Shown piece by piece: positions 56,771-64,000 of a DNA stretch of 64,000 nt. Every line of letters begins with the position of its first letter. Positions within the stretch are counted from its first letter, which is position 1. Under the pieces are notes generated by a model. That model saw only the letters and a list, made by a program, of their open reading frames with translations. It did not search any database and had not been told where the DNA came from. Origin of the DNA: Mantamonas sphyraenae STR306 (taxonomy: Eukaryota > Protista > CRuMs); the NCBI GenBank assembly GCA_026936335.1, contig JAPMXV010000042.1:186001-250000 (forward strand), written 5' to 3'. The translations under genes and the position numbers were made by a program.

Positions 56771-59206
56771 GCTTCACGACGTTCTTTTGGCCCTGCTCGG
56801 GTATGCAGGCTCTCTCATCGTCGAGGACACAAAGTACATGTGTTTCCGTGTGGCCGACGACTTTCCCTACCTCGACACATCCGAACGCGAACAGATCAAC
56901 CGCACTGTTGCCCTGGGCTACCAGTATCGCCAGATCGACGCCTTTGTACGCCTCGTCCGCGACCAGAACGCCATCCAGTGGGCAGACAAGGCGGCACATG
57001 GCGGCAAGGTGCATTTGGATCACACAGACTCGTCTTCTACCCATTCACTGTCTGAATACTGCCCTCGTGCGTTGTCCAGTGCCTATGGCTCGTCAGCCAG
57101 TGTTTCCCGCGTCGCGCTCCGGTTCGGACTCGGCTAACACCGTCCACACACACACAAACGCGACGCAACCATGTTTTGGATGTGGTTCCACGTCTCGTGT
57201 GCGTGTTCCGTGCTCGCAACACACGCAGGCGGCTTGTACATGTTGGCGCTGTGCGTGGGTTTGGATCAGGTTGGCGACGCGTATCGCGACGTCGTCCTGA
57301 ACGCAGAGCAGGCAGTGGTGGCTCAAGAGTCGCCCATGTCGCTGACGAAATTGTATCAAATGGTGGCCGAGGTGAGTGGGACGCGTGAGAGAAGAGCCAC
57401 AGGCGGGGCAGAGTGGGGTGCCAGGGTTTTGGCGCGAAAACCAATTGACGGCGGCTGGATGTAGCCAGGCTGACACAGAAGGGTGTTTGTGGGTTGACAC
57501 AGTACGAAGTGATCTTCCCGGCGCTTCTGAAGCTGATCAACAGCATCATGGACGAGCGTCTGCACGGCACGGAAGTGTTGGACCTTCTGCAGAGCATGAG
57601 CACACAGGGCAACTCTGCCGTGCAGCGATGCATGGAAGCGCTGCAGTACGAGTGTCACAAGGTGTTGTACGGCCAGCTGACGACGTGTGTTGTGCACGGT
57701 CTGCTGGAGGATGCACACCAGGAGTTTTTCATCCAACAGCTGGATCACGGTTCCGGGAGCGAGTCGGCAAGTGGGGGCGCAGTGGGCAGCACGACAGTGG
57801 CTGACAGTACGCATTTGGGACAGGTGATGGACTCGTTGACCTTTTTCAGCGGCCAGGGCTCACAGCTGCTTGGCGCGAGCCTGGCCAGCAACGCAGTCAC
57901 AACATACCAGCTCCGCGTCGAGCGTGTGCCCTCGTACATTCCCATACGAGCGGCCGAGAAGGTGTTGTTTGTGGGTACGGCGGTGCAACTGCTGCAGCGG
58001 TATGGAGGAACGAGCAACCTGCCAGAGCTAGATTTGCTGTCGTTTGCGCAGAACCTGCAGGAGCTGCAGGCGCTGAAGAAGTTTCATTTGATCTCGTTTG
58101 AGCTGGAGATCGAACGCATTCGCAAGTGTGTGGCTGCACATCTTTGGCAACTGGTTGTGGTCGAGGCAGACTTGAAGACTCACCTGGAAACGCTGCGCAA
58201 CTATTACCTGCTCTCCAAGGGTGAGCTGTGGCAGTGCTTCATTGATCGCACGGCGTCGTTGATGGCCACTCCGCCCACAAATGCCAAGCAGGCAGCCAGT
58301 GACCTGAACGTCCACCTGCAGGAGAGTGCGGTGCAACTCAGCATCCACGACGAATTTGTACAGCAGCTGAGCATGGACTTTGCCTCTGAAGATGGGAGAA
58401 CCAGCGCAGGAGTCACATCATCATCATCATCATCGTCATCGGGGTCGTCGTCTTCATCGAGCGGGGTGAGCGGATCGGACGAGGTGGATCCGTGGAGTCG
58501 GCTTGAGCTTACATACGAAGTGGCGTGGCCGCTGAACCTGCTGATCTCACCAGAGACGTTGAGACAGTACAACGAACTGTTTCGTTTCCTGTTTGCTGTG
58601 AAGCGCATCCAGCTGGAGCTGCAGCGAGTATGGCGTGTGCAGATGATGAGTCGAGGCGCGAGCAGGGATCGCTCGCTAGAGCGCATGTGGCAGCTGCGCA
58701 ATCATATGGGGTTCCTGATCGACAACTTGCAGTATTATTTGCAGGTGGATGTGATGGACGCGCAGTACCAAGTGCTGGTGGGCAAGATCGAGGCGTCGGA
58801 AGATTTCGAGAGTGTGAAGCAGGCTCACGAGGAGTACGTGGTTCTTTTGTGCAACCAGTGCTTCTTGCACGCAAGTGCAGTTAAACGGGCGTTGTTGAGC
58901 ATCTTTGCTCAATGTCTGGAGCTTTGCCAGGTCGCCGGCCGTTTTGGGGAGAAGGGCACGCTGGAAGAGGCTCGCATCCGGGAGTTGGATGTTTCCTACG
59001 AACGCCACACTCTGTTTCTGTTTACTATTCTCAGCGGGGTCAAGAACCAGCGCCAGAGTGCAAACCTGTCCCAATTGCTGTTGCGCATCGACTACAACCG
59101 CTTTCTGTCTAAAAAGGTTGCCAAGAGGAAGCGGGCACTGGGCAAATCCAGCACAGGTGGAGCGGTGGGTGTTGAGACGGACACTGAGAATGTGAATGAA
59201 GGATGA
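56769..59206 (+). CDS. TUBGCP4: Gamma-tubulin complex component 4
   Basis: MLHDVLLALLG, VPSYIPIRAAEKVLFVG, YYLLSKGELWQCFI, LTYEVAWPLNLLI, WQLRNHMGFLIDNLQYYLQVDV, LSQLLLRIDYNRF; introns about 57067-57228 and 57372-57501. Confidence 0.93.
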
Positions 59207-59262
59207 AGGATGACGCGAGCATGCACTGCGCGAGCAAAGACAATCCGCCGCTTTTCTGCACC

Positions 59263-60364
59263 ATGTCTGAGGAAATGCCGCAGGATATCATCATCCACGG
59301 GGATATCGATGACGAGGTGCGCATGGAACTGAAAAAGATGACGGGCACAGCCAAAGAGATCGACAGCGATGAGGAGCGTGATGGCGACGACGGCGGCTAC
59401 CGGTACAAGTCGCGCAAGGAGGAGTCGCTGACGATGCAGGGGTCGTCCGACAAGCCTGCGGAGTCGACAGACCGCAATGACTACCGGTACGTGCGCAAGT
59501 CGATGCGAACAGGCCCCAAGGGCGTGCTGCAGGACTACAAGGACGAAAAGGCTCGGCTCCTGGAGGAAAGGCAGTTTGACCAGGAGCAGCTGGAGGCGAG
59601 ATTGCGCAACATGGTGATCCTGCGTCACGTGTCTCAGGCCACACAGGAGCAGTATGAGAACGAGGAGGAGGAGGACGATGAGGACGACGACCTGGACGAG
59701 GAGGACGCCGAATTCTTTCGCCAGTACAGGGAAAAGCGGCTGCAGGAGATCTCTGCTTCGCATACACGGTAAGTGATGGTCTGCACAACAGATCATGGAG
59801 CATGCGCGCGAGGCGCAAGGGGCATTGGGGAGCGAGTACGGGCGCATGAGAAGTTGCGCGCTCACACAAGGGGCATGTGCACAGCATCTTTGGTTCTGTG
59901 ACCGAGGTGGACCGCAGCAACTTTGTGCAGGAGATCGATGAAGAGAGCGAGGAGGTGTATGTGGTTGTGCATTTGTATCAAGAGGTAAGTTGGAGAGCGT
60001 AGGGGCAGGGAAACTGGCGCGTTGCAAATGGTGGAGCCCCTGCTCACGTCGTAGCACATGACGGACGATGTGTGCACACATCTACACACAGAACATCAAA
60101 GCATGCCGTTTGGTGAACCATGCGCTGGTGATGCTGGCACGAGAGTTTCCGTCGACCAAGTTCCTGAAGATCTGGTCCACGGAAGCGCAGGCAGACTTTG
60201 ACGAGATTGCCCTGCCAACCATCATCGTGTACAAAGACAAGCAGGTTGTGGAGACATTCTTGCGGGTACAGGACGACCTTGGGGAGGAATTCGACGAGCT
60301 GGCGCTGATGACGCTGCTCACGAGCAAGAGCCGCACGGAAAACATGTTTCAGCGGCTCCTGTGA
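59263..60364 (+). CDS. PDCL: Phosducin-like protein (PhLP1 type)
   Basis: RTGPKGVLQDYK, FFRQYREKRLQE, FGSVTEV, VVVHLYQE, LAREFPSTKFLKI, ALPTIIVYK; two introns. Confidence 0.88.
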
Positions 60365-60440
60365 TTGTGACTGAACACAAAAGCACGGAAAATGAAGCAT
60401 CGCAGCAGGAGTGTTATTGGTTGCGACGCTCGTGGCAAAA

Positions 60441-61959
60441 TCAAAGGTATTGGGCCCACTCGAACTCGCCGAGGCCTGCACCGTGGGAGGTCTTCCACCC
60501 TCCCTTGCCGATGCGCTCCTTGCGTTCCTGTTCGGTCTTTTGGTAGTCCTCCCACTTTTCAACGGTGAGGCGTTGAAAAGCCGAAACGAGTGGGTTGAGT
60601 TCGACCGAGTTTTTGTCCTTGTGTTGCTCGTGCATCTTTTGCTCCTCGCTCAAGGCCCACAGGTCCTGCTTGAGGACTGGGGTCAAGTAAAACTTGTGGA
60701 CAAACCAGTAAAGGAAGGGGCGGATGGCATAGGGCAGCTCGATACCGGCCACCTGGAGCGGGCCCCACAGGAAAATGTAGATGGTGCGTGTGTGCGTCTC
60801 GTCGACGGGGATGGGGAACATCCAGTGGAGGAACTTGTTGACGAGGTTGGAGCGCTGCATGGGATAGTCGAACCACAGGGTCATGTCGTTGAGGGAGCCC
60901 TGGTCGCCGGTGAAACTGCAGGGCGAAGCGAGGTGAGGCCGTGTTAGAGGTGCCAATGGAAGGAGAGACGTGGATAGGAGAAATGAGGAGAAAGCAAGGG
61001 AGGGAGAAGGGGAATCGCGCTTGGGTAGAGAAGTGCAGGTGGTGTGTGGCAGGGTGGGGCAGGCGCGGAAAGAGCATTCAACGAGGCAAAACGTACTACT
61101 GCGCGAGGACGGAGCTGCCCATGTCAGTCTTGTAGTTGACCTTGACGGCGTCGTCGTGGCGTTCGACATACTGGAGCTCAGGCCACCAGAAGGGCTTGTA
61201 CTTGCGGTGGAGGAAGGCGTGGTAAAAGTCGCAGTTGTTCTCCACGACCATGGTGAAGTGTGCCGGGACGACGATGTCGACAAACTTGAAGGGCATGGGA
61301 GGGTCCTTGTCGAGCCAGGGGATGGAGACAACCTCTGTCTTGTCGGCGAGGTCGGGGTCGCCCGGGAAGAAGAAGACGACGCCGTACTTCACACGGGTCG
61401 GGTAGCTGCGGATTTTGATGTTGGGCAAGCTCTTGAAACTCTTGGGGATCTCGTGGTTGATCTTGACGACCTTGCCATCGCTGTTGTACTCCCAGCCGTG
61501 GTAGCAGCAGGCGAGGTTGTCGCCTTCGACGTGGCCGGCACTGAGGCGGAGCTGGCGATGGGCACAGCGATTTTCCACGGCGTGGACAGTTCCGTTGCTG
61601 GTCTTCCACAGAGCAATGCTGGTCTTCCACCAGACGGCCTCGACGACCTCGCCGACCTTGATGTTGTCATAGATCTCAATGGCGTGCCAGTAGTTGCCGT
61701 TCATGCCGGCGGTGCGTGCCTTTTGACGCAGGGTCTCGCGCCTTCGAGGACCGCCGCTTCCGGCAGTGGGCTGAGTGCCGGCCGAAGAGGAGGAGGAGGA
61801 GGAGGAGGAAGAGGAAGAGGAAGCCTGTTGGGTTTGCTTCTGCTTCTGCTGCTGTTCCTCGCATGCACACTGGCAGCCGCAGGCAGAGGTGTGCTCAAGA
61901 CGGGCTGGCACAAGGTGGCCGAGGAGGGTGCTGACGCGGGCTTGCGCTTCCAGGGACAT
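60441..61959 (-). CDS. Rieske non-heme iron oxygenase (VanA/KshA-like) with N-terminal PTS2
   Basis: Rieske ligands ENRCAHR...LACCYHGWEY; mononuclear Fe motif ENNCDFYHAFLH and distal QD; intron 61096-60916; RVSTLLGHL near the N-terminus. Confidence 0.9.
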
Positions 61960-62119
61960 CGGAAAAGCAAAGAAAAAAATCAGGTGCGTGTGTGAGCGCA
62001 TGGCATGTGTGTGGTTGCAGTGTCTGGGGATGATTGCGAGAGGAGGGCGGTCATGGGCAGAGGGAGCAGGGTGTGCGTGTGGCATGTGCACTGACAGGCG
62101 TTTTGGCGCGTTGTACAGG

Positions 62120-62574
62120 ATGAGCGGCAAGGCAGCAGCAAAGCAGGCGTCGGGCTTCATGGCCAACTACCACCGTCAGTACATCGCCACTGGCTCGGGC
62201 ATGCCCGTGTGGCATGTGATGGGCATTGTGGCACCCATTGGCTACGCCGTCAAGATGACCCGCAAGCGTAAGTGGTGGGAGGAGGAGGAAACAGGGCGTG
62301 CATTGGCTTCTCCACCGGCTCGTTTCCACGCGCCGACCCTCTTGCGCACACAGCACACGCTGCGACGCAATGGTGATGGCAGGAAAGGGGTGGGTGGGTG
62401 TGGCCGCCATGTACATATGTGACTACGTGTGTAGCATGCGGTGGGGATGGTGTGTGTGTGTACAAGAGGCTAGAGAAGGCGTGGCAACTGACCCAATCCG
62501 CGCTCGGAAATCGCCCCGTCGCCCCGTTGACACCACGTTGACCGATTGCAGCCTCCAACAGCGAACACCACTGA
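62120..62574 (+). CDS. Mitochondrial ATP synthase subunit f-like
   Basis: ANYHRQYIATGSGMPVWHVMGIVAPIGYAV resembles Atp17/ATP5MF; inferred intron 62268-62551 gives ending PSNSEHH*; probable 5'UTR intron 61984-62118. Confidence 0.6.
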
Positions 62575-62682
62575 TGGCGAAGCAGGATAGGATGGCGTAT
62601 GCGCCTTGATTTGGAGAGATTTGCAAAGAATGAATCGCGCACTTGCGCTTACGTCACCAAGTGTGTGTGGAGAGAGAGTGAG

Positions 62683-64000
62683 ATGCCGGCGAAGCGAGTG
62701 AAGCGGCAGCGGAAGAAGGCCAAGTTGATGGCCCAGCAACGACGTGACCAGCTTCAAGGTGATGCCCACAATGTGTCTGTTGGCACGCTGCTGCGTTCAT
62801 CGGTTGTGGACGACGGATTTGTGGCTGGAGCGGCCTCGTCGTCTTCGTCGTCGTCTTCGTCGTCGTCGTCGTCGTCGTCCGGCTCGCTGTCCAGCAGCAT
62901 CGAGCACAAGGTGCGCGTTCAGAAAGGGGAAAATGACAAAAGCGGGGACAAAATGGACGGGGTGGCGAAGGAACTGGATGTGCGCACGCTGTTGCGTGGC
63001 CTGGACTCGCAGGACGAAGAGGTTGTGCTGAACAGTAGGTTTCGGAGCGGCGGCTACCAGCAGAGACACAGACATTTGGACACTGACACATGCAAACCCT
63101 ACCTCCCCCCCCCCAACTCCACCCCGGGTTACATTTGTCTTTGGGCACTCTCTTTCAGACGTGCGGCTGTTTCGACGCCGTCTGCAGCTGGAAGAGCACC
63201 TGCTGCAACCCGACACGGACTCGCGTGAGGTGGTCTCGTCGACGTTTCTGTTTGACTTTCTCAAGGCAAGCCCCACGGCCACCGAAGTGTTTCGTGTGTG
63301 GAAAGTGCAATTTGAGCAGGTGAGTGGCACTGTGAGAGTGCAGCGTGTGAGCTCCAGGGGGTCGTCCAAGGGCCCCGCAAGTCCGCGAGGCTGTTCGCAT
63401 TCCCGATTCTGACACGTCGTTCGCCACACAGACGCCGACAAGCAAGTTGGGCGTGGCCGTGGTGGACCTCATGGGCGCATTGCTGCAACGAGCATGTACG
63501 TCGACGCTCAAGACGAATGGGGCGACGATTGGCCAAAAGGTGGTGCGCAACTGCATGCCTTTGCTGCACACTGGAGTGGCTGCCAAGAGCAGGGCGTTGC
63601 AGGCGTCAACATTGCGGCTGATGGCAGCTGTGGTGGCTCGTGGCTCCTCCTTGGCACGCGAGCTCCTGGCGGGGTTTGACTTTCAAAGCAAGGCGTTTGC
63701 CAACCTGGTGCAGCGCCGCGGCGCAGTTCGCCGGAAGCCAGACTACAACGACCCGCGTGCAGCGTACACACAGCTGGTGGTGGCTCTGTTGAACACGCCT
63801 AACGACGGAGTGGTACGCAGTGTTCTGGCTGTGCGTGGTCTCGTGTACAACCTGTTCCATGCCCTGGCCGCCGATCCTTTCTACCTGATCGAACCCCTGT
63901 TGAGCAGCATCCGACGCTGTGTGGTGGACAACGGCTCGCTGCAACGCCACGAAAAGGTGAATCTGCTCAATGACCACGCCCTGGAGTGCATTGCTTCGCT
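62683..64000 (+). CDS. URB1: URB1/Npa1 nucleolar pre-ribosomal protein, 5' part
   Basis: FLKASPTATEVFRVW, STLRLMAAVV...LARELLAGFDF, DPRAAYTQLVVALL resemble the Npa1 N-terminal domain; two introns; truncated by the window end. Confidence 0.7.

Noticed and set aside
1-64000. tRNA, rRNA or snRNA genes and transposases
   Set aside because: None recognised by eye and intergenic space is minimal; small intronic ncRNAs cannot be excluded without Infernal or tRNAscan-SE.

Overview
Eukaryotic (probably free-living protist) nuclear DNA: GC-rich, very gene-dense (about 25 genes), with short GT-AG introns that often contain (GT/CA)n runs, and genes mostly in head-to-head / tail-to-tail pairs separated by tens of bp. 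Housekeeping-type genes: myosin, patatin, BRF2-like TFIIIB subunit, giant LRR protein, delta-COP, LYR protein, PTEN, LSM8, CCDC24-like, MARK/AMPK-related kinase, GT90, ANKRD13, TRIAP1/Mdm35, RBM42-like, triple-MRH lectin, spastizin, GCP4, phosducin-like, Rieske oxygenase, ATP synthase f, URB1. Most notable: (1) an accessory island at about 30.5-39.2 kb with intronless ankyrin/LRR genes built as near-identical constant ends around highly diverged cores, ending in a C-terminal F-box/PRANC-like motif, next to a secreted protein carrying a cationic lytic-type amphipathic helix and a Cys-rich tri-repeat; (2) a myosin whose tail carries two ELMO-type PH modules and a Ras-binding-like domain; (3) spastizin and GCP4 apparently starting on the same CATG palindrome; (4) a PTS2-bearing Rieske oxygenase; (5) an intronless bacterial DUF1444-like gene; (6) four same-phase frameshifts at AC/GT dinucleotide runs, probably assembly errors. 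All family assignments are from motif recognition by eye; no searches were run.
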